A DNA stretch of 64,000 nt. Source: Chiloscyllium plagiosum. Taxonomy: Eukaryota. The stretch covers positions 55,991,861 to 56,055,860 of the forward strand of contig NC_057719.1 in assembly GCF_004010195.1 (NCBI RefSeq). Direction: 5' to 3'. The notes beneath the pieces are model-generated. The model saw nothing but the letters and a program-made list of their open reading frames with translations. It ran no database searches and was not told the DNA's origin. Shown piece after piece: positions 1 through 13,220 of the stretch (positions are counted from its first letter, which is position 1; every line of letters begins with the position of its first letter). A program made the translations under genes and the position numbers.

Positions 1-369
1 GGGGAATCTTCTGGAATGTTTGAGGAGCGCTGGTTATGGAGGTGGGTAGATAAAAGTTTGTTGTACTTACAGTTTTTGATGTTTGAGATGGAGTTGAAAT
101 GCTGTTTGTTGAGAGTATGAATTCTCCTGAGGATGTAGTACAGAGTGGGTCCTTTGCAATTCTGAGAGAGTGTGGCCCTCAATTATGGATTAGCAATAAA
201 TGATGGTCCAGCCAGCAATGCCGATATCCCAGAAGCAAAAGTTTAAAAATATTCCACCAACATTCTCTACTTGCCAATGTCCAGGCAGTCAGAAAGATAT
301 ATTAGGAGTATCACTAAGGGATGAGTCTATCAATGTCACCTTGGGGAGACGATTTTAAAAGTAATTGAG

Positions 370-620
370 AAAGAAAGACTTACATTTATGTAGCACTTTT
401 TACATCCTTAGAATATCCTAAAGCACATTCACGGCCAAACAAGCTTTAAGACAGCTCCCCTTTCACTGCAAACGCAGCTAATTTCCATTCAAGAATGTTC
501 CACAGACAGCAGTATGATAATGACTCAATAATCTGTTATAGCAAAGCTGCTAAAGACTGGCCAGGACACTAAGGAGAACTTCTTCCTTTCCTTCAAAATA
601 ATGTCTTTGGTTCTTCCTCA
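370..620 (-). mobile_element. Decayed Deu-domain SINE remnant (SacSINE1-like) with L2-type tail
   Basis: 'acttacatttatgtagcac' tail, then 'cacagacagcagtatgataatgac...ggccaggacac...ggagaact'. This resembles the reverse complement of the Deu-SINE central domain as I recall it. Confidence 0.5.
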
Positions 621-1449
621 TCTTTATAAATCAGTATTTATCATGTTACATGAGTTAATATTGCTGAACAATATAAAATAGCTCACGTTTTATGTGAGAT
701 ATTTGTTGTAATTTATTGTTTCTGTTGAACTGTAAGATGTTTGCTTCCTCCCAATTTGCCAGTATGGATGATACGTGAGGATTATATCCCCTTTTCATCC
801 ATTAAGCATGTGTTATTGAGTTCAAGACTCCAGCCACATGAAATTCGGAAATGTACATGACAATAATTAAAGCAACATAGCAACCCTAATGGAAGTTGAA
901 GGTACCATTTACTAAAGTATTTAACTGGTTTATATATTGATTATGTCAGATGACAAGATGTTCTTGTATCTTGTAGGAAAGTGCAGAAGAGGTGCTCCAA
1001 GCTTTTTTATACATGGTAATAACTGCTAGGTAGATTTCACAGACCCAGGCATAAATGCTTCATGTGTGAAGCCCTTTGTTTCCATGAACTAAATAGAGGC
1101 AAAGTTGCTTTTGATTTACAAAGTCTTAACTCAAAAAAATGACCATTAAAATATAGCTATAAAAAAAACCCTAATATCAAACCCTGTCTGCTCTCACCCC
1201 CATGTCACTAGAGGTGATGGATTTCCAAGCTGTTCCATAATTTACACAAATTAATGCTTTTAATCCACTCACAGGAAACACAGCCACAATGTAAGTATTG
1301 ATATAAGCAACACATCTTGCACACAATCACACATGATCAACAATGGGGTTTAGCATTGCTACAAAACTGAACTGGATTAATAATATAAATACTGTGATTA
1401 CAAGAACAAAGGCGAGGAATCCTGCAGTGAGTAACTCACATCTTGACAA

Positions 1450-3240
1450 TCAGGTAGGCTGTTTTGTCCTGGATGGTGTCAAGCTTCTTGCATATTGTTG
1501 GAGCTGCAACCATCCAGGCAAGTGGAGTATTCCATCACACTCCTGATTTGTGCATTATGAGTGGTGGACAGACTTTGGAGAGTCAATGGGGAGTTACTGG
1601 CTGCAGTATTTCTAGCCCCTGACCTGCTTTTGCAGCCACTATGTTTATATGGTAAGTCTAGTTTGGTAATGCCCAGGATGTTGATAATGGGGAATTCAGT
1701 GATGGTAATGCCATTAAATACCCAAACCTGGATATTGTCCAGGTCTTCTTTCATTTGAACAGGAACTGCTTCAGGTTCTGAAGGGTTGTGAATGATGCAA
1801 TCACCAGCAAACATTCCCACTCCTGACCTTATGATGGAGGGAAGGTCTTTGATGAAGCAGCTGAAGATGGTTGGGCCTAGGACACTACCCTGAGGAACTC
1901 GTGCAGAGATGTCCTGGAGTAGGGAGACTTTACCTCCACAACCACAACCATCTTCTTATGTACCAGGTTTTACTCTAACCAGTGGAGAGTTTGCCCCCGA
2001 TACCCATTGTTTCCAGTTGTGCTAGGGCTCCTTGATGTCACAGTCGGTCAAATCCAGCCATGAAATCAAGGGCTGTCACTTTCACCTCACCTCTAAATTC
2101 AGGCCTTATTGTAATGAGGTCAAGAGTCAAGTAGCCCTGGCAAAATCCAAACTGGGCCTTACTCAACAGGTTATTGCTGAGCAGGTGATGACATCTTGCA
2201 TCACTTTACTGATGATCAGGAGTAGACCGATGGGCAGTAATGGCTTGGTTGATTTTGCTTTGCTTTTTTCTGTGCAAGACATGCCTGAGCAATTTTCCAC
2301 ATTGTCAGGTAGATGCTAGTGTTATAACTGCACTGCAACAGGTTGGCTAGGGGTGCAGCAAGTTCTAGTGCAAGAAGTCTTTAGTACTGTTACCAAAATA
2401 TTGACAGACACCAATCCAGTACATCCAACATTTACAGTATCCAGTACTTCCAATATTTCTTGATATCACCTAGAATGAATCAAATTAGCTGAAGTCTGGC
2501 ATCTGTGATGTTAGGGATCTCTGGGGGAGGCTAAGTTGGATCATCCACTTGGCAATTTTGAATGAAGATTGTTGCAAATGCTTCAGCCTTATCTTTTGCA
2601 CTGATATGCTGGCTTCCCTAACATTGAAGATAGGAATGTTGTGGAGCCTCTTGCTCCAGTGAGTAGTTTAATTAGCCACCACCATTCACAACTGGATGTG
2701 CAGGATTGCAGAGTCATAGTCATAGAGATGTACAGCATGGAAACAGACCCTTCAGTCCAACCCGTCCATGCCGACCAGATATCCCAACCCAATCTAGTTC
2801 CACCTGTCAGCACCCAGCCCATATCCCTCCAAACCCTTCCTATTCATTTACCCATCCAAATGCCTCTTAAATGTTAGAATTGTACCAGCCTCCACCACAT
2901 CCTCTGGCAGCTCATTCCATTCACGTACCACCCTCTGCGTGAAAAAGTTGCCCCTTAGGTGTCTTTTATATCTTTCCCCTCTCACCCTGAACCTATGCCC
3001 TCTAGTTCTGGACTCCCCGATCCCAGGGAAAAGACTTTGTCTATTTATCCTATCCATGCCCCTCATAATTTTGTAGACCTCAGAGCTTAGATCTGAACTG
3101 TTGGTCATGCGATCCTTTGGCTCTGTCTGTCACTTGCACTGTTTGGTATCCAAGTAATTGGTTTTGTAGCTTTACGAGGTTGACATCCCGTTTTTAGTGA
3201 TGCTAGGTGTAGCTCCTGGCATGCCCTCTGCACTCCTTGA
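1450..3240 (-). mobile_element. CR1-group LINE (family 2) ORF2 fragment, interrupted by a HER1 insertion
   Basis: Minus-strand translation includes 'AQIRSVMEYS'. The same family recurs at 20140, 23780, 35770 and 63230. Confidence 0.7.
2710..3082 (-). mobile_element. HER1/CR1 LINE 3' fragment
   Basis: ORF2 C-terminus 'EVYKIMRGMDR...RTRGH...FFTQRVVREWNELP' and (ctatga)n-type tail; short cagag repeat at both flanks. Confidence 0.9.
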
Positions 3241-3499
3241 ATATGGGACAGTCATGGTTCAACTCAGTTACAGGATAAACCTTTCAACTTTCAGAAAGTA
3301 ATAGTTTTCAAACTCGTTAAATGTATTTTTCTACATGGATTTTGCAACACAGGAATGGGTACATTTGAATAACTGTTCTTTAAGTGAACTATTTTGCCTT
3401 TATTTTTGAAACAAAATTATTCAAAATGTTACAAGAGCCTCCAGTTAGTAATATAGATTTTGAATGACATTATGTGAATAGAATATTTTGAACTGCAAT

Positions 3500-3870
3500 C
3501 AATAACAACATGTGTCTGTACAGGACATGTCCCAAAGCACTTCACAAGAGAATTCTGAATCAAGATTTGATGCCATGCTTTATTAGGAGATACAGAGGAT
3601 AATCTGAATTTCGGATTATCCGAACAAGATCGCAATGTCCTGTTACTTGGCTAAACTGTGTTATCCGGCATTCGATTATCCGAACAAAATACTCGCTGCT
3701 CGTGTCGTTCGGATGAGCGAGGTTCCTCTGTACTGGGAAGATATCCAAAAGTTTGATTGAAAAGGTAGATTTTTGAAGAGTGTCTTGAAAGGAAGAAAAT
3801 GAGAAGGGAGGTGTACAGTAGAAATTCCAGAGCTTGGGGTCCAGGCAATGCAGCAGAATGCATAGTCCAT
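3500..3870 (-). mobile_element. L2 LINE 3' remnant split by a MITE
   Basis: Reverse complement encodes 'AFCC..PKLWN' and 'FKTLFK', typical of an L2 ORF2 end. Confidence 0.6.
3593..3730. mobile_element. Tc1/mariner-pogo (Tigger-like) MITE
   Basis: TA at both flanks (3591-92, 3731-32); termini cagagga...tcctctg; a related copy lies at 22042-22217. Confidence 0.8.
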
Positions 3871-4010
3871 CCACCTTCCATCTGGAAGGACAAGGGCATC
3901 AGCAACATCACTACCTGCAAGTTCCCCTCCAAGTCACTCACCATCCTGACTTGGAAATATATTGCCTTTCCTTCATTTTCGCTGGATCAAAATTCTGAAA
4001 TTCTCTCCTT
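3870..4010 (+). mobile_element. CR1-group family-2 LINE 3' region (tail probably resumes near 10885-10990)
   Basis: 'acctgcaagttcccctccaagtcactcaccatcctgacttggaaatatatt'; tail 'aataaatactggcccagcc...catccca' at about 10935-10990. Confidence 0.6.
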
Positions 4011-4014
4011 TAGA

Positions 4015-4630
4015 GCATTTTCACATCCAGCAGAGATTATCCTGCACATCCACCCACCTTATCTACTGCATCCATTGCTCAGATGTGGTCTCATCTACAT
4101 CGGTAAGACAAGACACCAACTCGCGGAATGTTTCAGAGGACATCTCTGGGACACACGCATCAAACAACCCCACCGCCCTGTGCCCAACCCCTTCCACTCC
4201 CTCTCCCACTCCCACAAACATGCAAGTCCTGGGCCTCCTCCAGCGTCCAATCAAAGCCATACACCAACAGGAGGAAGGACGTCTCATCTTCCACTTTGGG
4301 ATCCTATAACCACACAGCATCAATATTGACTTCCGCCCTGTGCCCAACCCCTTCCACTCCCTCTCCCACTCCCACTCCCACAAACATGCAAGTCCTGGGC
4401 CTCCTCCACCGTCCAATCAAAGCCATACACCAACAGGAGGAAGGACGTCTCATCTTCCACTTTGGGATCCTATAACCACACGGCATCAATATTGACTTCA
4501 CTAGTTTCCAAATCTCCCCTCCCCTGACCTCATCCCAGATCCAACAATCCAACTCGATACCATCCTTTTGGCCTGTCCTACCTGTCCATCTTCCTTCCTA
4601 TCTATCCGCTCCACCTTCCCCACTGACCCT
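4015..4630 (+). mobile_element. Penelope-like element fragment (GIY-YIG endonuclease), frameshifted
   Basis: 'LSCTSTHLIYCIHC' / 'RCGLIYIGKTRHQLAECFRGHL'; similar to the minus-strand copy at 61010-61710. Confidence 0.85.
4173..4498 (+). repeat. Tandem duplication of about 160 bp inside the PLE fragment
   Basis: 4173-4332 is repeated at 4333-4498 with 2 substitutions and a 6-bp indel. Confidence 0.95.
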
Positions 4631-5370
4631 CACAAAAAAAAATCTAGCTCCTCACTGCCTCCCCCAACCACTACCCCTGCACCCCCTCCCCCCTCCCATC
4701 CCATGCCAAAAGAGAGAAACAAAAAGGAAATGATGAGGTGGAAAAAAAACCACTTGTAATTTTCTTGTAATAAGATGTGTGTAACTTTTGCTTATTCTGT
4801 GTTGTCTGGGGCTGGGGTACGGCTTCAGCTGGAAGGAGCCATGGAGGGGTTAATGGGTAGTATGAGCGCCCCCTGTGGGCAAGGGGGAACATCTCCTTTC
4901 ATTTCTGTTATGTGTTGATTTGTTGTAGAAGTAGTTATTAGAAGTTTTAATTTGGTAGTTTTGGCAGTTGTATTTTTAAATTTATGTGAACTGATTGCTG
5001 CTTTCACTCGGCGCGCTATGAGTGGGGTTCTTCCTCCCGGGGGGTCACGCACTGTTTCGGATGGCAATGGCTAGCCGATCATTTAAATGGTGCCCCTGGA
5101 ATGTTAAAGGGAATTATTCACCAATTAAGAGAAAAAAGAAACTTTCAAGCCTTAGAAAAGAGAGAGTCGATGTAGCCTTGCTGCAACAAACACATCTACT
5201 CGATAAGGAGCACTTAAAGTTGCAGCAGGGAGGGTTCAAAAAGTAGAAGAGTTACTATACTCACCAGAAAAATCTCCCATTTCAACTGCTAGACCAAATT
5301 AAGGATGAATATGGGTGGTTTATGACTCTGAAAGCTTTAATACATGGAGAGGAGTATGGGATCTTGAATG

Positions 5371-6282
5371 AAAAAAAACACACCGGATCATCAACGCCAC
5401 ACTCACAGGAATCCGATTCACGAGAGAAGAAGAAAAGGATAGCCAACTCCCATTCCTAGACGTGATGGTACAGAGTACACCAGACGGAGAATTCACTACA
5501 AGAGTATACAGGAAAGCCACACACACAGACCAAGTCCTAAACTATGAAAGTAACCACCCCAACACACACAAACGAAGCTGCATCAGGACACTATTCAAAA
5601 GGGCCACAACACACTGCAGTACACCAGGGCTGCAAAAAGAAGAAGAGGAACACCTATACAAGGTATTCGCCAAAAACGGATACCCGCGCAACTTCATCAA
5701 CAGATGCCTAAGAGAAAGACCACAGAACGAGGACATACCACAACGAGATTGGTGATCCCATGGGTGTTCCGTTGATTTAAACTAATGTAGTGTACAAAAT
5801 ACCATGCAAGGACTGCAGTAAACACTATATAGGACAAACAGGAAGACAGCTAACAATCCGCATACATGAACATCAACTAGCCACGAAACGACATGACCAG
5901 CTATCCTTAGTATCCACACACGCAGACAACAAGCAACATGCATTCGACTGGGACAACACTACTATCATAGGGCAAGCCAGACAGAGAACAGCCAGGGAAT
6001 TCCTAGAGGCATGGTATTCATCCACAAACTCCATCAACAAACACATTTACCTGGACCCAATATACCGGCCACTACAGTGGACAGCTGAAACTGACAACCG
6101 GAAGTGGCAGGGACAGGCCACTATAAATGCTGGAGGAAACACCACAGAAGCGCTTCACAGGAGGCTCCGAAGCACTGAGGATGTCACCTAGACAGGGGGC
6201 GAAACGTTTGCAACAAAAACTTCCAGCTCGGCGAACAGAACCACAGCAACGAGCACCCGAGCTACAAATCTTCTCACAAACT
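5371..6282 (+). mobile_element. Penelope-like element 3' part (RT C-terminus, GIY-YIG, terminal repeat) inserted in L1
   Basis: 'VYRKATHTDQVLNYESNHP' and 'YKIPCKDCSKHYIGQTGR'; 7-bp TSD ttgaatg at 5364-5370 and 6283-6289; the L1 frame resumes with 'NVYCP'. Confidence 0.92.
6171..6212 (+). ncRNA. Minimal hammerhead ribozyme motif (PLE terminal repeat)
   Basis: gca-CTGAGGA-t-gtcacc-tagaca-gggggc-GAAAC-GTT-tgc; stem I gca/tgc; imperfect stem II. Confidence 0.7.
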
Positions 6283-7069
6283 TTGAATGTATATTGTCCC
6301 CGGCCCATCCCTCAAATTTCTAATGGATGCGCTTACCAGGTTGTTGGCCATTGGGGCGCATCATACAATTATAAAGGGAGACTTTAACTGATTTTATTGA
6401 TCCTGAAGTGGACAGGATGCTTCGGGGTCTTGCGGGTATGTCCCCACAATCCAGGCAGTTGGTGAACCTACGTAAGTACTATACTAGGATTGATATGTTT
6501 TTTGCCCCATCCACCTTTTTGAATTCCTGCAGAATAGGGAACATAGCCATTTCTGATCATGGGGCAGTGTACATGGAGGTCAAGGCTGGTGGTAACGGGA
6601 CAGGCTCGTGGCACTGGTGCATGGATCCTTGTCTCTTGTAGGATAGCATGTTTATTGAGTACTTTTCATGGGAATTTAAAATCCTTTGTGACATTCATTT
6701 GGGTACGGCCAGTAATCTGTCAGTGCTCTGGGAGACTGCAAAGACCTATCACGGGGTTTGATTATTTCTTACTCGGTGACCTGGAAGTGGCAGAGGGGAG
6801 AGCAGCAGCGTCTGCTCGAGGCTTGGCTGAATGCAGCTGAGGCAACATACTTTGACAGACCATCTGTAACCAAGTTGCAACAGATTACAGCCCTTAGGGC
6901 CACTTTGAATGCTGCACTCACCTAGACAGCAAAGAGGGAGATCTCCTTTGGGAAACAGAGGTTATTCGAGAATGGTGATAAACCGGGTAGATACCTAGCG
7001 TACCTGGCCAGAAAGAAGAATGCTCCCCAATCTACCACATCCATTAGAGAGTGTGCTGGTACTCTTACT

Positions 7070-7870
7070 TAGAGTCATAGTCATAAGAGATGTACAGCAC
7101 GGAAACAGACCCTTTGGTCCAACTCATCCATGCTGACCAGATATCCCAGACTAATCTAGTCCCACTTGCCAGCACCTGGCCCATATCCCTCCAAACCCTT
7201 TCTATTCATATACCCATACAAATGCCTCTTAAATGCTGTAATTGTGCCAGTCTCCACTACTTCCTCTGGCAGCTCATTCCATACACGTACCACCCTCTGC
7301 AAGAAAAAGCTGCCCCTTAGGTCTCTTTTATATCTTTCCCCTCTCACCCTAAACCTATGCCCTCTAGTTCTGGACTCCCCGACCCCAGGGAAAGAAACTT
7401 TGTCTATTTATCTTATCCATGCCCCTCATGATTTTATAAACCTCCATAAGGTCACCCCGCAGCTTCTGACTCTCCAGGGAGAATAGCCCCAGCCTGTTCA
7501 ACCTCTCCGTATAGCTCAAATCCTCCAACCCTGGCAACATCTTTGTAAATCTTTTCTCAACCTTTTCAAGTTTCACAACATCTTTCTGATAAGAAGGAGA
7601 CCAGAATTGCATGCAATATTCCAACAATGGCCTAACCAATGTCCTGTACAGCCGCAACATGACCTTCCAACTCTTGTACTCAATACTCTGACCAATAAAG
7701 TAAAGCATACCAAATGCCTTCTTCACTATCCTATCAACCTGCGACTCCACTTTCAAGAAGCTATGAACCTGCACTCCAAGGTCTCTTTGTTCAGCAACAC
7801 TCCCTAGGACCTTATCATTAAGTTTATCACTCCTGCTAAGATTTGCTTTCCCAAAATGCAGCACTTGCGA
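7070..7870 (-). mobile_element. HER1/CR1 LINE 3' fragment nested in L1
   Basis: 'LYRTLVRPLLEYCMQFWSP...RGDLMEVYKIM' plus the CR1 tail. Confidence 0.92.
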
Positions 7871-9697
7871 TGCCATAAAAGATTAATGCAGTATTTAGGA
7901 AGTTCTACTCTGAGCTGTACCAGTTGAAGGGCTGTGAGGACAGATTGGCAAAGATGGAGACCTTTTTTGAGACCCTGGACCTTCCAGTGTAATTTCAGAA
8001 GAGACGTCTTTTTTGAATGCCCCTCTGACAATCCAAGAAATACAGGAGGTGGTGAGGCAGCCCCAAAGCACCCTGCCCAGACGGACTCCAAAGTGAATTT
8101 TACAAGGAGTTCATAGACACACTGGCCAGGCCAATGTTGGATATGTACAATTATTCGTACAGTCAGGACTGCCTCCCATCCTCTCTGAGAGAAGCAAGTA
8201 TTTCTCTTATTCTCGATAAAGTGAAAGCCCCAGAGGATTGCCCTTCATACAGGCCCATATGATTACTGAACTTGGGTTTAAAATTCTGTCGAAAATGCTG
8301 GCATTGAGGTTGGAGAGGGTATTGCCCTTCATTGTAAAGGAGGACCAGACAGGTTTTATTAAGGGTCTTAGGTCCACCAACAATATTAGAAGCGTATTAA
8401 ACATCGTCCAGGTGTGTCAGCAAAGGTCGATTCCGGGCTTGGTAGTCTCCCTGGATGCAGAGTAAGCGTTTGACTGGGTGGAGTTGCCGTACCTCCTTTA
8501 AGTACTGGAGCGGTTTGGTCTTGGAGGGATTTTTGCCAGGTGGGTGGCAGTGTTATATCGTGGCCTGAAAGCAGCGATTCTCACTAATGGTATAAGATTG
8601 GATCATTTTAAGATCGGTAGAGGCAGCCGACAAGGGTGCCCTCTCTCACCACTATTATTTACATTGGTGATTGAGCTGTTGGCAGAGGCCATTCGGCAGG
8701 ATCCCAACATAACTGCCCTGGAGGTAGGGTCAGGCAAGCATAAGATCACCCTTTATGCAGGTGATGTTCTTCTCTTTTTAACTGATCTGATGATATCTGT
8801 GCCCCATTTAATGCAAGTGATTAATCTATTTGGTTCATTTTCGGGGTATAAAATCAATTTTACGACATCGGAGGCCATGCCTGTGAGGGGGCCTTACTAG
8901 AATATCTGACCTTGGGACTGGAACCGGTTTCCTGTTCAGCTAGTCACAGGGAGGTCTCTTGTATTTAGACATTTTTATCACCCCAGCCTTCAATCAAGCT
9001 AAGTTTGTGCAGTTGCTGGAGAAGATAAGACAGGACCTTCGGCGCTGGGAGAATCTTCCAATATCCTGGTTGGGTAGAATACCTCTGGTCAAAATGATTG
9101 TACTTCCTCATTTATTATATCCCATGTGAATGCTTCCTTTGATGCTGCCCAGGCAGACGCTACGGAGGCTTAACAGTTGGCTCGGATCTTTTATCTGGCA
9201 ACACGGCGGCCTCTTATTAAGCTCGCCAAATTGCTGCTTCTGCAGGGGATGGTGGTGGTGGTGGGAGGGGGTGTGGACTTTCCAGATTATAAGAAATATC
9301 AATTAAGTTCGGTGGACACAGGCTTTAAGCTCTGGGAGTCTAGAGGAGTCTCCTGTTTGGCAGATTTACTTGATAGGGAGGTCATGATGTCTTTCGAGCA
9401 GCTGACAGAAATATGAGCTATCTAGAAGGGACCGCTTTCATTACTTTCAGATTAGGGACTTTATACAGAAAAAGATTATATTGATGATTTGTCCCTTTAA
9501 GTCGGATATAGAGAGGAGAGTGCTCCAGTCTACGGGCGCTCTCTCAGTCAGCACCCTCCATCGTTTGTTAGGTGGTAATGTCTCAAAGGACATTGAGCAG
9601 CTGTGCTGAATCTGGACTCAAGAATTGGGGGTGGAGATCTTTTCAGAGGCATGGAAGGAAATTTGGGAGAATGTAAGGAAGATTTTGATCAGGCTAT

Positions 9698-10013
9698 GCG
9701 GCACGGTGGCTCAGTGGTTAGCACTGCTGCCTCACAGCGCCAGGGTCCCAGGTTCAATTCCAGCCTCGGGCGACTGGCTATGTGGAGTTTGCACATTCTC
9801 CCTGTGCCTACTTGGGTTTCCTCTGGGGCTCCAGTTTCCTCCCACAGTCCAAAAATGTGCAGGCCAGATGAATTGGCCATGTTATATTGCCCATAATGTT
9901 AGGTATATTAGTCAGAGGAAAATGGGTCTGGGTGGGTTACTTTTTGGAGGATCAGTGTGGACTGGTTCGGCCGAAGGGCCTGTTTCCACACTGTAGGAAA
10001 TCTAATCTAATCT
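9698..10013 (+). mobile_element. HE1-type tRNA-derived V-SINE nested in L1
   Basis: A box tggctcagtgg, B box ggttcaattcc, V-domain 'gtggagtttgcacattctccc', tail 'gggcctgtttccacactgt' plus (ctaat)n. Confidence 0.92.
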
Positions 10014-11869
10014 ATGCAATTGAAGGTGTAACAGGGCCCATTTAGCACCGGAGCGGCTTGTGAAATTTAAGACCGGTGCGTCCCCAGTGTACCCCAACTG
10101 TAAAACAGATGTTGGCACTCTTACTCATTGCTTGTGGTCATGCCACAAGCTTCATAGGTATTGGGGTCCCATAGCGAGTGTTTCGGAAGGTGTCTTGGGA
10201 ACTGAGATCAAGGTGGATCCAGTGTCCCTCCTCTTGGGTTTGCTGAACCTCCCTTCTTTGGACGTGCATGGGAAGAAACTGTTTAATATTTCATTTTGTG
10301 TGAGGAAGCGCACTCTAATGAGCTGGGTGTCGGAGAATCCCCAGGACTCTGAGTGGCATAGATTCATTATGGAGCACATCCCACTGGACTTCCTTACGAG
10401 TATGGTGCACCAGAAAATGGACCTGTTTTATAGAACATGGCAGCCTTTCTGAATTATATAGACACAGACTTGTCACCTATATTGATCAGTGCCTTTGTGT
10501 AGTCGTGAGGGCTATGGCTGGCAGTCCGGGGGCCCATGGGAGGAAGAATCCTGAACAAATACGGGTTCGCCAACTGATGCTCCCTGTGGTGGGGAGCATT
10601 GATGGGATTGCACTGAGTGTGGTAGATTAACTGAATGTACTTTAGTTTACTTTGGTTCAACTTGGTTTAATTTATTTTTTTTAGTTATTTATTGAATTGT
10701 AGTTTTCAATTTTTTTTTCTCCCTCCTCAGTGGTTTTTGGAGTAGAGTAGTGGTTTGTTGACTTATTGTTGTTATATTATAAGATTGCTATACACACTGT
10801 TTTGTAGTGATTTTGTAATATTGTAAAAAAATTTAAAATCTTTTCTTTCAATAAAAGTCTTTACAAAATAAAAAGTCGTGACAAACTAGGATTGTGTACA
10901 TGTAGACGTAACTGAAGCACGAATAAGGATGGGAAATAAATACTGGCCCAGCCTGTGATTCCTACATCCCATAAGTTAATGAAAAAGAAAGCACAATTCC
11001 GGAGATGAATAAAATGTGATGTTTGATGAAATTGTTACTGTTTCTCAAACACTGCTGGAACAGTGATTTGTTCATCTTTGAGCAGTGCTTTCACTCACAA
11101 TGTTGTGCTCCTGCCATTTGAAGTAAGTGCTGGAGCTTTTTATTTCAAACTGGGGATTTCCTAATGGGTAACCCTCATGGCCTGTGTATTGTAGATGACA
11201 AAGGTGCAGAAATGTAAGAAAGCTATGGGGCATGAAATTAGAGAGAGGTATCATAGAAGATATTAGTTTCTACCATATTGATGCATGGTCCATTGAGATT
11301 ATAGATCCAGGAGCTTTTAGAACTTTTTGTCTACCAGTAAGAAAGATATTCATCCACTTGGAGGCTATTACATTAAGTGATTTGGAAGCTGAAGATCTGC
11401 ATTTCAATGAGAAGAACAGAATTACCTGTAGCTGTCAAAATAATCAATACCTTCAGCTTTCTTTGCCACTATATTTCTCTAGGCAAAATGACGTTTTTTT
11501 TTCACTTTAGTCAGACAGCAACGTATGACTAGAGGTGGAAAACTCTATTCAGGAAAACCCTGTCTTCCCTTCAACACACACAATTCATGCAGTAGATTTA
11601 TATCCTGTGATTGGAAACCCAACATTGGGAGCAGTTCTGGGTCCTGACCTAACATTGGAAATCTCCAGTATGAACAGATCGGGAAGCACACCATCAAGGT
11701 GCGAGCTGATGCTATTCATAATGAAAAAGCATAGGACGCACCATCTGAAAACAAGGCCTGATTGATAAAATATTTAAATGGTCACAATCCCTGGCCATGA
11801 CCTTGCAGGGTAAACCCTGTCAAGGAGCATCAGCTGCCACAACTGAGTCGCTGTGGCCAAGATGGCTGA

Positions 11870-12730
11870 ACAAAGAATAATACAACATAGGAACAGTCCC
11901 TTCAGCCCTCCAAGCCTGCACTGACACATTTTGCCCTTCCTGTCTTCACTTACAGGATCCATATCCCTCTATTGCCCTCAAACAACCAGCTCCAATCAAA
12001 ATTCTCCAGTTCCTGCCTAATATTGTTGTAGTTCACCTTCCCCCAATTTACCACCTTCACCCGAGGACTGCTGTTATCCCTATCTGTGAGTATCTTAAAA
12101 CTCACGGTATTACGGTCACTACTCCTGAAATGCTCCCCCACTGAAATTTCACTCACCTGGCTGGGCTCATTTCCCAAAATCAGGACCAGTATAACCCCTT
12201 CTCTGTTTGGACTGCTTACATATTGTGTCAAGAATCCCTCCTGAATGGTCCTTACAAATTTTGCCCCATCCAAGCCCCTAGCACGAAGTTAGTCCCAGTC
12301 AATACAACAGAAGTTAAAATCACCCACCACAACAACCCTGCTGTTTTTACATCTTTCTAAAATCGTTGTTCATATTCTGTCCTCTATCTCCCACTGATTG
12401 TTGGGAGGTCTGTATTATATGAGCACTATGATTTCATGTTTCCTATTCCTGTGAGTTCTACCCATATTGCCTCACTTCATGAGTCCCCTGATGTATTCTC
12501 CTTCAGTACAGCTGAGAGATACTCCTTCACCAGTAATGTAACTCCCCCATCCCTTTTACATCCCTTTCCGTCACGCCTAATACATCTAAATCCTGGAACA
12601 ATCTGCTGCCACTTCAGCCAAGCGTCTGTAATCACAATAATGTCATAATTCCAAGTACTAACCTTAGCTCTAAGTTCATCTAGCTTGCCTATTATAGTTC
12701 TCACATTGAATCACATGCATTTCAGACCAC
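11870..12730 (-). mobile_element. CR1 LINE fragment (APE endonuclease region abutting a 3' end)
   Basis: 'YDIIVITDAWL', 'RDGGVTLLVK', 'FLTQYVSSPNRE..L.LIL'; CR1 tail at 11870-11970. Confidence 0.8.
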
Positions 12731-12959
12731 CTCCCCGCTCATTTCAGTGAAAAAGGAACACAAGCCTAAACTGTTTCTAGAAACTGTTGCTGGTGAGTTT
12801 TGAGAAATTGTTATTGAAGCAGAGAGTATTAGAAGCTTCAGCTTTGTGTTAAAGGTATTTAACATTGTATGGATTAATTAACTTAACGGAGTAAGACATA
12901 GAAGGAGAGCTCCAAGTTGTGGTCTGCTACTCTTGCTCTGCCTGTTTTTGTTCTGAGTA

Positions 12960-13220
12960 ATGTTTGCCTTAGTTTCCATTCCCACAATTTCTGCATGTCC
13001 TACCCTATTCCTCTGGTTCCTATCCCCCTGCCACATGAATTAAGTCCTCCCCAAACACTCTACCAAGTATCCCCCTAAGGATATCTGTCCCGGTCCTGCC
13101 CAGGTGTAACCCATCCAGTTTGTACAAGTCCTACCTCCCCGAGATCTGGTCCCAATGACCCACAAATCTGAAACCCTCCCCCTCACATTATCATTTCAAC
13201 CACGTGTTCATCCTATACAT
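12960..13220 (-). mobile_element. CR1 ORF1 (SGNH esterase-like) remnant
   Basis: Reverse complement reads 'MNTWLK..CEGEGFRFVGHW...DLYKLDGLHL'. Confidence 0.75.

Larger units (their letters stand above)
4760..10875 (+). mobile_element. Decayed 5'-truncated L1-clade LINE (ORF2: APE endonuclease, RT, Cys-rich C-terminus) with nested insertions
   Basis: 'WNVKG..SPIKRKK..VDVALLQQTHL' (about 5070-5240); 'DQTGFIKG', 'SLDAE', 'RQGCPLSPLLF', 'LYAGD' (8340-8770); 'PNCK..GTLTHCLWSC' (10090-10145); T-rich 3' UTR, AATAAA and A-rich tail near 10850-10875. Confidence 0.9.

Noticed and set aside
977..1015. Possible 39-nt exon (AG|ESAEEVLQAFLYM|GT)
   Set aside because: Splice-like flanks only; the peptide is not recognised and no partner exons were found.
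9698..9775. tRNA genes at SINE heads
   Set aside because: They continue into the V-domain and a LINE-derived tail, so they are SINEs.
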